Part shown: in pieces, positions 50,031 through 62,663 of the stretch | Layout of the letters: each line of letters opens with the position of its first letter | Position numbering within the stretch: position 1 is the first letter of the stretch | DNA from: Octopus sinensis | Taxonomy: Eukaryota | DNA: 64,000 nucleotides | Reading direction: 5' to 3' | NCBI RefSeq assembly: GCF_006345805.1 | Contig: NC_043006.1 | Coordinates: 60,450,001 to 60,514,000, forward strand | Notes under the pieces: generated by a model | What the model saw: only the letters and a program-made list of their open reading frames with translations | What the model was told of the DNA's origin: nothing | Databases searched by the model: none | Translations under genes and position numbers: made by a program

Positions 50031-51214
50031 AAGGTTTATTTTTATCCTCATAACATTTGTAGGTAAATAAAGTTATCATTTGTTATTATATATCCGTTTT
50101 TCTTTATATAAACATAAGTCTGTCCTCAAATACCTTACGCACTCTGTACATTCTGCAGATTTGGGGAAATCAATACAAATAATTTCCTTAGAGTTGAACA
50201 CAAAATACTGTGTTCCAATCATAGTCTCAAGATTTAGTGTTACTAAAGCAAATTGCCTAGAGGTGCACGAAGCAATTTTGATCGAAATTTAAGTGTATGC
50301 ATTTATATTTAACACGTTCGTGTTCACTCAAAGGTGAAAAGACCGTTACTGCAAAAGTCCGTTATAGTCAAGTGAGTGAAAAACATACATCTGGGCTATG
50401 AATGTTGTCATGGGTCCACTGGGCATGTTTCTGCGCCGTCACGCTTCATTAGCATTTTATGATCCACTAAAATTGCCATTTATACTGAGAGAGGAAATAG
50501 CAAGAATTAATCAATTATAAGCACTCTAATCAACCGTGATTGCCATATTTGATGTGTACAGTTATATTTAATACGTTCGTGTACACTCATTCGTACAAAG
50601 GCTTTCGCTCTAGGAATTGTCTCGTAAAAAATCTTCTCTTCATAGGCAATATGGCAATATCTGTGAAAAATACACGTCTAGGCCGTGAATGACATTGTCG
50701 AACCTTAGGAGTAGTTTTTCTGCGGGGTTACACGTCATCAGCTACGGATAACGAATCCGTTGCTTATAGGACAATAAACGCTTCTGATCTTATATTGAAA
50801 CAGGAAATATAAATTTGCTGATATACGCAAAGCGTTTCAAGCTGGAATTAATTAACTATCGGCATACCAAGCTGCGTAACGTGCGACAGAAATGTGTACA
50901 AATATATTTAACACGTTTCATGCAATCACAAAAGTAATAAGACCTTTACAGCGAAAATTATCACGGGAAAAACTATTCTCCTAAAAAATATATGTGAATA
51001 TATATACTGTTAGGCTATAAATGTCATCATCATCGAACCAGAGAATGTTTGTTAAGGATTTTCTCAATCATGCAATGCTAAACATTCTTCAGCACATCAT
51101 TGGGTATTTCAGTCTTAAGAAATATGTAAAATGCAAACGTAATTTTCAATATTTTTGGTTTATTAACCGTTTGGAAATGATTATCAGATCTTTTTATCTT
51201 ACTACTTGTGCTAG

Positions 51215-51390
51215 GCGTTGGACTGTGGCAATGCTAGGAAACCGAAGAAATTGACCCTATATTTATATTTATGCCTGGTGCTTATTCTATCGTAACTTTT
51301 GCGGATTCGGTAAGTTACAGGGACTTGAGTAAACTTACACCGGTTTTCAAGCAATGGGGGGGAAAACAAAAATGCACGCAGGCATAATCC
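51215..51390 (-). mobile_element. SINE family B, old degenerate copy
   Basis: GGACTGTGGCAATGCT...TTATTCTATCG...TAAGTTAC blocks. Confidence 0.55.
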
Positions 51391-51835
51391 AAAGAAGATA
51401 AAAGACAATTCTAGCAGATTTTAAATGACCACTTACAAGTATTTCGGTAACATTCTGTTTTTAAAGCAATTTCACACAAAAGTTCCGTAAGAAAAGTTAT
51501 GCAATATGAGCGGTTTTATGCATTAAAGTGACACTTCATCAGACTTGCATTAAAAGGTGCGCTCTTACATTGTGCGACTTGTACATGAATACTGTTGTGG
51601 TGAAATCCTGACACCCCTGTGAGATAGCAAGTGAACTGTCCTAAACCTTATAAATGTGCATGCGTACTGACAGTGCGAGGTATAATGTGGTGTGAGCTGT
51701 CGCAATTGTGATGGCAGTCGTAGAAGCCGTTGAGAAAAGTGTGTTACGTTTTGTTACTGATTTAGTTTTTGCAGTGTTATAACACTGTTGCAGTGCAGTC
51801 TATATCTAAACTCAAGGATATAAGACATACATACA

Positions 51836-51866
<31 letters not shown>

Positions 51867-53344
51867 GTATGTGTGCGTGTGTAGCAAACCCAGGGTCATT
51901 TTAGAAGACACTTGCCGAAGATGCCATGCACACTCTACTGAATCTAATATTGCATAATTGCAAAGAGAGCTTCTTAACCACAGAGTCACCGCTGCGCCTA
52001 TGAACTTTTAAATAGTTGTATTCTTATCACTAGCTTAATAATTGAAAGATCTGGAATTCATTCGTATTTACAGAATACGGATCAGTTGTTAGGTGAACTG
52101 AATTACCTGCTCTTTATGTAGATTCTAATTGACTGAGCATTCAGCGGACATGCTTACTGAAAATTATATTCTCATGCAGTATCAGAGTGTGGCAAGATGT
52201 ATAGCAAATTTGCACGTATCAATAACAAGTACCGATGGACTTCCACGCAGTTTCCATCTGCACAATTTCACAAGTTTGTGTTGATCTGAAGCTATGATAT
52301 AATACATTTGCCCAACATGACATTAAACGAAATCGAACTTGTATACTCGTGATAGTGAAGCGCACTAAACATTTGACCATGTTGCATTCTCTAATCCACG
52401 AGGGCTACGTATTATCCCTATTTCATGCAAATAATATTTTCTCCATTGATTTCACCAACTTTTAGAAAATTCAACCAAATTTGTTTTCTTCAAACGGTAA
52501 TGCATCTCAGTGTCGCAGTACAGGAACAACACGCACGTGAGTTGTTAAAATGTGTCAGAAAGTGGGGTCCACGTTTTTATGAAACAAATGTAGGTATTTT
52601 AAAGTAAATATGTGAAGGCTAAAACAGGATATTGAGTGTCTTCTTGAGCAAAGTACATCAATGTATCGCCGACTGCTGGGGCATCGCTCTCTGTCTGTGC
52701 GTTTGTCTGTGTCTTTCTCTCTCTATCCCTCTTTCTCTCTCCTCTCTCCTCTCTCTCTCTCTCCCTCTTTCCTTCTCTTCCTCTCTTCTCTCTCTTCCTC
52801 TCTTTCCCTAGCTGGCTAGGGTTTCGAGGCCGGTGAGTGTATCTACGTTTATCCAATTAACCTGAAGGATATCGAAACCGTTCAGCGGAGACATTGTATA
52901 TGCTATTAGGTTTTACCTGCTTCTGAGTGTTGGCTAAGCTAAACTAGTTTGAGAGGAAGCAATTAAATGTAGCTTCATAGAAGAGTGCCATTTTCAACTT
53001 TTTCGTTCAGGAAGGCTGTTAAATTATTCTCATTTTCTATGTTTTACATCTTTTGATATATTTCTCATGCATGTCTCTTAACTCAGAAAATAGAACCACG
53101 CATATTACATTCGTCCACCAAGGGAACGAATTTCTTAACTTAAAAGCTAAACACGTATTTAGTTGATTCCGGAGCTGATTATCATCCTCTGCTCATGTAC
53201 TGAATAAGAATTGTCAAAATTTTCAATAAAAAATATTAATCTTACTGAATTTGATTTTCAGTTATCCCTGTAAAGGCATGCATACATATGTGTGTACACG
53301 CATGTGTGTGCATGCGTGTGTGTGCATGTATGTAAATGTATATG

Positions 53345-53390
<46 letters not shown>

Positions 53391-53397
53391 GGTGTAT

Positions 53398-53461
<64 letters not shown>

Positions 53462-53544
53462 GCATATATACATATATATATAACACATAAATATATATAT
53501 AACACATAAATATATATATATATATCAATCATGGTGTTATTGTT

Positions 53545-53575
53545 ATCATCATCAACAACATTATCATCATCATCG

Positions 53576-53614
<39 letters not shown>

Positions 53615-53618
53615 CCAC

Positions 53619-53666
<48 letters not shown>

Positions 53667-53681
53667 TATTATTATTATTAT
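53545..53681. repeat. (CAT)n/(TAT)n microsatellite
   Basis: Direct reading. Confidence 0.9.
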
Positions 53682-53821
53682 TTGTCACTCCGTATTTTGC
53701 GATGAAGTTTGGGAAGTGTTAAATAACTTATTTTAGAAACTCCATAATACTTCGATCGATACATAATGGGCTTTCACAATTCGAAAGCCACCTTTGATCA
53801 TTATGTATGTATGTATGTATG

Positions 53822-53855
<34 letters not shown>

Positions 53856-55066
53856 TGTATGTATGTATGTATGTATGTATGTATGTATGTGTGTGTGTAT
53901 GTATGTATGTATGTATGTATGTATGTATGTATGTATATATGTATGTATGTTTGTATGCTTGTATGTGAGTGTGTTCGTGTGTGTATTTGTGTGTATGTGT
54001 GTACGTATTAAATATATTAATTTCTGTATCTATGTCTGAATTACTCTTCCTCTTAGAAAATGCATTATAAATTTTCACGTATATAAAGTGTCATTTTGTG
54101 TCCATACACACACATACCTTTGTATATATATATATATATAACACTCGGTATTACTTGCTTTCTCTCATCTCATCTATGTGCTAAAACTTGAAGCATGCTC
54201 ACAATCAATAATATCTAATTGATTGCATTTCAACATATTATTCATAACATCTTTCAAAAATACATTTGAAAGAAATTTCAAAGAACTAAAAACCTTTCTC
54301 TGGATTTGTTATTTCCATCTTCATACTTCAAAGGATTTTATTGAACTCCTCAAAAAAATTGCAATATAAAATTTATTCCATAAGTGAAAACATATATACC
54401 CATCACATTACAAGTAGAGATAATTTCAGAATCAACTGGTATTGTGACATTCAAAAGTAGTTTCGCTTTATATGGAATATAGGATATAAACTTGTAATAT
54501 GTGAAATAAAGCCGTATGTATTACAATGTTCACAAAGTGCATGCAATTCTTTAATGTGGCTTTTTGGTCAGTATCTACATAGTATAAAACAGATTGTGTC
54601 TATATGAAGACGTTGATGTGCCCTATGTTGGCAATTAAATTTTACTTTAAAGAATGTTAGTGTATGTCTCTCTCTGCTAGATTTAGAAATAACACTATTA
54701 ATATTTATTGATCAGTGGCTGTGTGTCATGTTGAAATCTATATGTTCAAAACCGTGTATTCAGCAACGCCATCTCGCTAAGCGGGCTACTCTGTATTGAT
54801 GAAGAACAATAACCATGAAACTAGTCCACATATGTTGTTTTGTGCTGGGGCGGGGTGCTGAATTCCCGATTCGAAAATATAAGGACACAGATAATGTGTC
54901 GTCTAGCTAGATAAAAACGATGTTGTATATATATATAAAGTTAATCGAAATAAGAAAGCACAAAAAACACAACAACGCGAGGACGTGGAACAAATTTAGT
55001 ATTATTGGACGCTCAGGAAAGAAGGAAAGAAGGATGGTTTAACTTTTCGAGCGAAGCTCTTCGTCA

Positions 55067-55106
<40 letters not shown>

Positions 55107-55114
55107 ATATATAA

Positions 55115-55278
<164 letters not shown>

Positions 55279-55317
55279 GTATATATATATATATATATAT
55301 GTACATATATATATATA

Positions 55318-55365
<48 letters not shown>

Positions 55366-55366
<1 letters not shown>

Positions 55367-56222
55367 TTATATATAGAGGGCATTATACATACATGCCAGA
55401 AGGCATTATACATACATGCCAAACGCTAAGAGGGACAATCAGTCATTTCTACCAAAAATATTACTAATCCTACCGAATGCAATTTTTCAAAGTAAGACAT
55501 TTAAAAATATAGACCTGTATCACAGTGATTTCATACTTACGTAATCATCAGCAGGCCTGAATGTATTATAAATAAACAACGACCCTGCCCCGCTTAAGCC
55601 GATCAGCTAACTGATCAACATCAACGAAGCACATGGGTGAGTTTACATATATTACATCCGGATAAATGGCAAACTTTTACGAATTGCATTTCGGGAGAGG
55701 AAAAGTTTTTCGGAATAAAAATTCTTATTTTCGGAATAAAAATTCTTATTGAACATATTAATTTATATATAGAGGGCATTATACATACATGCCAGAAGGC
55801 ATTATACATACATGCCAAACGCTAAGAGGGACAATCAGTCATTTCTACCAAAAATATTACTAATCCCACCGAATGCAATTTTTCAAAGTAAGACATTTAA
55901 AAATATAGACCTGTATCACAGTGATTTCATACTTACGTAATCATCAGCAGGCCTGAATGTATTATAAATAAACAACGACCCTGACAATTTCTTGTTAAGT
56001 TTTCCTTATTAAGTGGTTGTCCTTTTTGGTAGAAATGACTGATTGTCCCTCTTAGCGTTTGGCATGTATGTATAATGCCTTCTGGCATGTATGTATAATG
56101 CCCTCTATATATAAATTAATATGTTCAATAAGAAATAATTATTTTCGAAATTTTTTCTCTTATGAGGTTTTTACGCTATCTACCTGACAATTTCTTGTTA
56201 AGTTTTCCTTATTAAGTGGTTG
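55366..56222 (-). repeat. 396-bp-period tandem unit with HHRs (55512-55557, 55908-55953) plus inverted partial copy (56023-56134)
   Basis: Minus strand ggcctg-CTGATGA-t(TAC gtaa GTA)t-GAAA-TCAC t GTGA-TA-caggtc; a 42-bp direct repeat (~55980-56022, ~56181-56223) brackets the inversion. Confidence 0.88.
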
Positions 56223-56236
56223 TCCTTAATTGCTAA

Positions 56237-56296
<60 letters not shown>

Positions 56297-56298
<2 letters not shown>

Positions 56299-56735
56299 AA
56301 TTTACAAGATAAGGGCAGAAGAAAAATTCTAATGCCAGATACGCCGAAACAAAAAAATTGTCGATAACCATTAAATTTATGCGTCTCGAAACAAACCGAC
56401 AGAAATCTCTAAAAAATTCGTGTCTCGAGGTGTGCCGAAGATTTTTCTATTTGGGGTACTTAAGTCTGCTCGGGACTTGGTGCTTGCTTCTTCCGTGGGT
56501 ATGAATAAGTATTTCAATTATATCTCGCGTATGTGCCGCTGAAGAGGGGAAAATTTCTTGTGAATTAACCCCGAAATCGGACCAATACGGTAATAACGAA
56601 TTTTTTAGAGATTTCTGTCGGTTTGTTTCGAGACGCATAAATTTAATGGTTATCGACAATTTTTTGTTTCGGCGTATCTGGCATTAGAATTTTTCTTCTG
56701 CCCTTATCTTGTAAATTATGTATAAATTTTACCTT
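56297..56735 (+). repeat. Inverted repeat with 125-bp arms (56297-56421 / 56596-56719) and an HHR (56534-56592) in the spacer
   Basis: tgccg-CTGAAGA-GGGG...CCCC-GAAA-tcggacca-ATA-cggta. Confidence 0.8.
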
Positions 56736-56782
56736 TAAAGGCATTTTTTTGATATGCTGGCCATTGATAAAATTTTTTTCCC

Positions 56783-57060
56783 GAAACTGAAAGAAGCCCG
56801 TCGTATATATGTATGCATATATGCATGTGTGTGTATGTGTTTTTATGTCTGTGTTTGGCTCCCCACAACTTCGATTGACAGTCGATGCTGGGGTGTTTAT
56901 GTCCCCGTAACTTAGCGGTTCGGTAAAAAGGAACCGATAGAATAAGTACTAGGCTTACAAAAATAAGAACCGGGGTCGATTTGTTCAACTAAAGGCGATG
57001 CTCCAGCATGGCCGCAGTCAAATGACTGAATCAAGTAAAGGAGTAAAAGAGTAAAAGAGC
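56783..57060 (+). mobile_element. SINE family B, 3' two-thirds
   Basis: GAAACTGAAAGAAGCCCGTCG...CCAGCATGGCCGCAGTCAAATGACTGAA...(GTAAAAGA)n. Confidence 0.88.
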
Positions 57061-57269
57061 TCTGTATGTGTGTCATTGTTCAATTTTATTTCAAGATTTC
57101 TTGCCAATAGAGAAAGAGCGTTTCTAACCTGGATCTAAAGTACCTTCATTAGAATTTCAGTATGAACAACAGGGTATTTTTGTTTGTATGTATGCATATA
57201 TATATGTATATGTGCAGATTTGTATGCTTTGTTTCATGTATGTCTTCTCATGCATATTATTGCATATAC

Positions 57270-57653
57270 GATGGAGGCGCAATGGCCCAGTGGTTAGGGC
57301 AGCGGACTCGCAGTCGTAGGATCGCGGTTTCGATTCCCAGACCGGGCATTGTGAGTGTTTATTGAGCGAAAACACCTAAAGCTCCACGAGGCTCCGGCAG
57401 GGGATGGTGGTGATCCCTGCTGTACTCTTTCACCACAACTTTCTCTCACTCTTACTTCCTGTTTCTGTTGTACCTGTATTTCAAGGGGCCGGCCTTGTCA
57501 CTCTCTGTGTCACGCTGAATATCTCCGAGAACTACGTTAAGGGTACACGTGTCTGTGGAGTGCTCAGCCACTTACACGTTAATTTCACGAGCAGGCTGTT
57601 CCGTTGATAGGATCAACCGGAACCCTCGTCGTCGTAACCGACGGAGTACTTCC
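57270..57653 (+). mobile_element. tRNA-derived SINE family C, full length with 11-bp TSD
   Basis: TGGCCCAGTGG and GGTTTCGATTCCC boxes; ATTGCATATAC at 57259-57269 and 57654-57664. Confidence 0.9.
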
Positions 57654-59436
57654 ATTGCATATACAGACATGCTTATATATATTTAAATGATAAACTTCTC
57701 GAAAGTTTTACAAATTTTTACAGTTGCAGTGATGGATTGGATCAGTAGCCTAATTTTTCAAGATTGGTATTTAGTGTGTTACATATCCTAGGGCACCAAT
57801 AATTGCAGGTATAGACATGAACTTGTAGTCTGGATAGAGTAACTGTATATTTCTCAATAGTTCCGCATGGGGGTTCTTTTTTTCACTTGATCTTCAGTTT
57901 TATGTTAACATCCGCTGGGCAGCTACCTTCCACAGATGTGCACAGTTTCTCTTCCCTATCTCAAATCATTATATCAGGTTTGTTGTGCGTACATTTTATT
58001 GAGGTCTTCACAGGGACATTCCGCCAGTACTGCTTTTTTATTATGCGTGGCTATGGCTTATACCATACAGTAGGTTCTTATTTCTTAGTCCTCGGGGTTA
58101 TTCTTCCGACGGATTTCATTATAGAGTGCCCTAGCAACAACGTTATGTCTCATCGGTAGATATAACCGTGATAACATTTTCGCACACACACACACACGCA
58201 CATACACACACATATAATTTTCTCTAATTTCACCGATTAATATAATCTATCTCTGTAAAATATGTAAGAACTATTAAATTAAAATAATTGATAAATTTCA
58301 ATCAATTTTATGATATGAATAAAGTTTAGAAATTATTAACATTTCATGAATTACCTTTTAAATTAGATTAATAATATGCAAATCGTATTTGGACGTATCT
58401 AGCAAGGATAGTTTTCTTTAATGTTGGATATGATTATTTTAAATCGTGTGCAATATTTTGCATACACCAGATTAATTGACACCTATCTGATGATATGCAT
58501 TTATCGTGATATTGTGATACAAATGTCATTAACATAACATTTTTTTTTTATTTACCAAGGAATTTTACCTCTTCTGAATTAATTTAGTCCATTAGTAATA
58601 CACACACGATTTACTAAAGTGTGTTTTATTTTAAGGACCTCTAAGTAATGAAAACAATGTTTTCATCAGAGCGTCTTTACGACAATATACCTTGATGACT
58701 ATATATATATGTGCGAACAGGTAGCAAATATATTGCAAATTTGATTTACAGTCTTATTAAAACACACTTTGTTACTGTCAGTGTGAGTTTGCGTTTAACA
58801 TAAAATCATTAGAAGTATATTTTCGCAACATTAAAAAATATTGCGAGGTCGGCGAACTGGCAGAATTGTTAGCATGATGGACAACATGCTTCTGTTTTTT
58901 AAAACAAAAACGTGACTTACAATTGCTTTCTCTCTAAAAATGCGTGGGTGGTTGATGACAGTCACGTGATCAAAAGATGGTTCTGATTTTGAAAAAAGGT
59001 GGCTTAGAATTGCTTTCTCTCTAAAAACAGTGTGGGTGGTTCATGGCAGTCACACGATTTTTCTGGTTTCTAATAGTTGTTGTGGAACCAAGAAAGGCTT
59101 GTTTGGTGAGCTGGTTCTGTTATGGTTCAGTAATTTTGTATGGGGTTTTGGGGTTTATATGTATGACGCATACGTAAAGAATGGTGTATATTTGCGTGTA
59201 AGTATGTGTGTGTTTTTCCAGGTGTGTGTAGGTGTTTCTGTATATGTGTGTGTTACATTTGTCAGAGTCGTGTGCCGGTGTGCGTGTATGTGTGCGTGTA
59301 CGTGCGTGTGAGTGTGCATGTGTATTTGCCTGTAAGTGTATGTGTATGTTTGTGTATGTTATATTTGTGAGGGCGCCGTGTGTGTATCCGTATGTGTGCA
59401 TGTGTATGCGTGTGTGTTCGTGTGCGTGCATATATG

Positions 59437-59475
<39 letters not shown>

Positions 59476-60469
59476 TATGATATACCAAAATACCTACTTA
59501 AAATTCATTCGGTATATCATACTTGATGCTTGTTTACTGATGTATACATACATACGTACAAACATGCATTCATACATGCATACATACATACATACATACA
59601 TACATACATACATACATACATACATACATACATACATACATACATACATACATACATAATACATACATACATACATAATACATGCATATATATGTCTAGG
59701 AATCGAACTTGTGTTACAGTATTAATATGAAACAATAACAAAAATTAGCGAAATTTCCAACCAATTAACCAATTCAATTAAGATAAAGTTTAAGAATTTT
59801 ATATTTTATCAGTTTCCAGTTGTACAAGCGAAATAGAGCAGAGTGAATTCCAGTAGTGTAAACAGCATACAGGTTTGTTGTAACAATTCCTTCTTCGGCG
59901 CGTTTCTTCTGCAGACATCAGGTATATATAGTGGGCCTATCCCCTAAATAACCTGTGACCCATAAAATGGCCATGATAACGGCTAAGAGAATTTACGGTA
60001 CTTCTCATTGGTTATCTACCACGATTACTTGTGGTAGAGCTCGTAGCCCAGCTAAGACCAATAACTGAGGAATTTATGTCGCTCAACTTCGGCCAAGCAA
60101 TAAGGCAGCTGCTATAGTGAACTCTTATAGTTCACACATAAATCTCACACAAACTACTGAATTGCTTCACTTGGTTTAAAAACCGTTTTCTGTTTTTTAT
60201 CATGACGACACAGTTTTTTTAATGATAAATATTTTGTATTTGGAACTTCACAACTTCAAATCAAAATAACTAGGTTACACTGGTGACAACCCACTGGAAA
60301 CATTTCATCCTTATACACACATGGGCACCCATATCCACCTTGTCTCTGATGATAGAATACGCAGTGTATAGGGATGCTGATCCACTACCTGGGATATCCC
60401 AGAAAGAGCTGTAAGACATTAATCACTTCTACTTCTTTTTTGATTAACCTTTCTCTAATTAAATATTCT

Positions 60470-60886
60470 TTTCTACTCTAGGCACAAGACCCGACATTTT
60501 GGGGAAGGGGTTAGTCAATTAGATCGACTCCAGTATGCAACTGGTACTTAAGTTATCGACCCCGAAAGGATGAAATGCAAAGTCAACCTCGACGGAATTT
60601 GAACTCAGAACGTAAAGACAGACGAAATACCGCTTAGCATTTCGCCCGGCTGGCTATCGTTTCTTATTTCTTTATTGCCCACAAGGGGGTAAACATAGAG
60701 GGGACAAACACGGAGAGACAAAGGGATTAAGTCGATTACATCGACCCCAGTGCGTAACTGGTACTTAATTTATGGACCCCGAAAGGATGAAAGGCAAAGT
60801 CGACCGCGATTGAATTTGAACTCAGGACGTAAAGACAGACGAAATACCACAAAGCATTGCGCCCGTTTCTGCCAGCTCACCGCCGT
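60470..60886 (-). mobile_element. SINE family A dimer with 16-bp TSD
   Basis: TCTAATTAAATATTCT at 60454-60469 and 60887-60902 brackets two head-to-tail units. Confidence 0.9.
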
Positions 60887-60962
60887 TCTAATTAAATATT
60901 CTAAATGACTTAAAATGGTCATCTTGTCTTGGTTTTGTTTTCCACTTCTTTTAGTATATATT

Positions 60963-61042
<80 letters not shown>

Positions 61043-61177
61043 TGCGCGTATGTATATGTATGTACATGCGCGCTTACGCGATGTCTATGAGCATTTTTAC
61101 TTCCTTATTTGTTTACTTCCGCCCCTTCGGTTTTCCTCTTATTTAACGGTTATTTTCATAGCATTTTTGATTGCCTC

Positions 61178-61238
61178 GATAAATGACGAGATGCCGGAGC
61201 AGTTTTCCGCCCCGACATCCGAAACGCTGAGTCTTATT
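61178..61238 (+). ncRNA. Decayed hammerhead-like motif
   Basis: gataa-ATGACGA-GATG...CATC-c-GAAA-CGC t GAG-TC-ttatt; first core C substituted and one stem III mismatch. Confidence 0.45.
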
Positions 61239-61390
61239 TTGGTAACCGAATAATTGTCACATATTATATTACAGATAAATTTCTCCATTTACATAATATC
61301 GAGGTCGCATTCATCCTTATGGTGTTTTACCATTACTATTAATCTCTCTCTGTCTCTCTGTCTCTCTGTCTCTCTCTGTCTCTCTCTGTC

Positions 61391-61466
<76 letters not shown>

Positions 61467-62100
61467 ACTCTTGACTATATTCTAATCTTTTGTCCAAGTT
61501 TCTTCTACATCAAGCAATTATATTTCTTTTGAAAAAGTAAATTTCCCAAATCTATCCGAATCTCCAGGAACTGGCTTAGCTTTTGTATTCTATAATGCTC
61601 GTTTTATAGTGGAGTTGGGTAGGACTGATATATATACGAACATTGGCGCCAGGATGTAATCCTTAGTGTGTGAGAATCCTACATCATCGGATTGGTATTT
61701 GTGATATATGTTCGACATTAATTGTATCCGTTTATTGTTCCATAATCGAACTCCCGCAGCTATATTACAGTTGCTTACATAAATAATCACCATAAATCCG
61801 AATAGAAGTCTACAATAAGTACACATCATACACAGGTTACAAATGCACAACCGGTGATATAGAATTCAAACGCTTTATCGTTAAAATTCTTGCTAGAATG
61901 TCTGTAAAATCATAAATCACCTCTTATAAAAAAGGATACCCAAATGATAAAAATTCACTTCGTTTCTTGAAGAGAAGGCCTGCTATATTATTTACGAGAA
62001 AATTTTAATACATATTAAATAAGAAAATATCCAACACAACAAATTTCAAGTTAAAAGCCATTCCCCGTGTATACATGCTTATAAAACATATATATAATAC

Positions 62101-62131
<31 letters not shown>

Positions 62132-62629
62132 CATACATACATACATACATACATACATACAGACATACATACATACATACATACATACATACATACATAC
62201 ATACACACGTATATACATACATAGATAGACAGCGGTACTTTGACATACGAATGTTCCTACGAACGAATTTTTGAACGCCACTGTTTAAAGATCTGTGTGC
62301 TTCGATATATATACTATTACAAAAACAAAACAAAACAATGTACACACACACATATATATATATATATAATAAAAGAAGGAACATGCACACAGTTCACATA
62401 GTTTTAGTCTATTTTATAATTGAAAGAGTATTGTGTTTGTGGACCGGTTTGTTGACCCGTACACAACGTTAATAAGAAAATACGATACTACCATAATTTC
62501 AATGTCATGATTAGCGAAAGTGAAACCGACCAACAAATACAATACTCTTTCACTTATAAAATATATTAACAAATATATTAAAACTACGTAAACCGTGTGC
62601 AGTTTCCTTCTTTTATTATATATATATTA

Positions 62630-62663
<34 letters not shown>

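Noticed and set aside
50300-50950. Three loose recurrences of ATATTTAA(C/T)ACGTT
   Set aside because: Short, AT-rich and irregularly spaced; cannot be distinguished from old repeat decay.
52862-52890. CTGAAGG-ATATC-GAAA-CCG…CGG hammerhead-like string
   Set aside because: Core A missing, no UH triplet and no stem I.
57273-57345. Genuine tRNA gene
   Set aside because: Poor acceptor stem, continues into a ~310-bp body and is flanked by a TSD, so it is a SINE head; the same applies to ~28140-28223.
58647-58670. Minus-strand CTGATGA with an AAAC/GTTT hairpin
   Set aside because: Simply a short palindrome; no GAAA or stem III.
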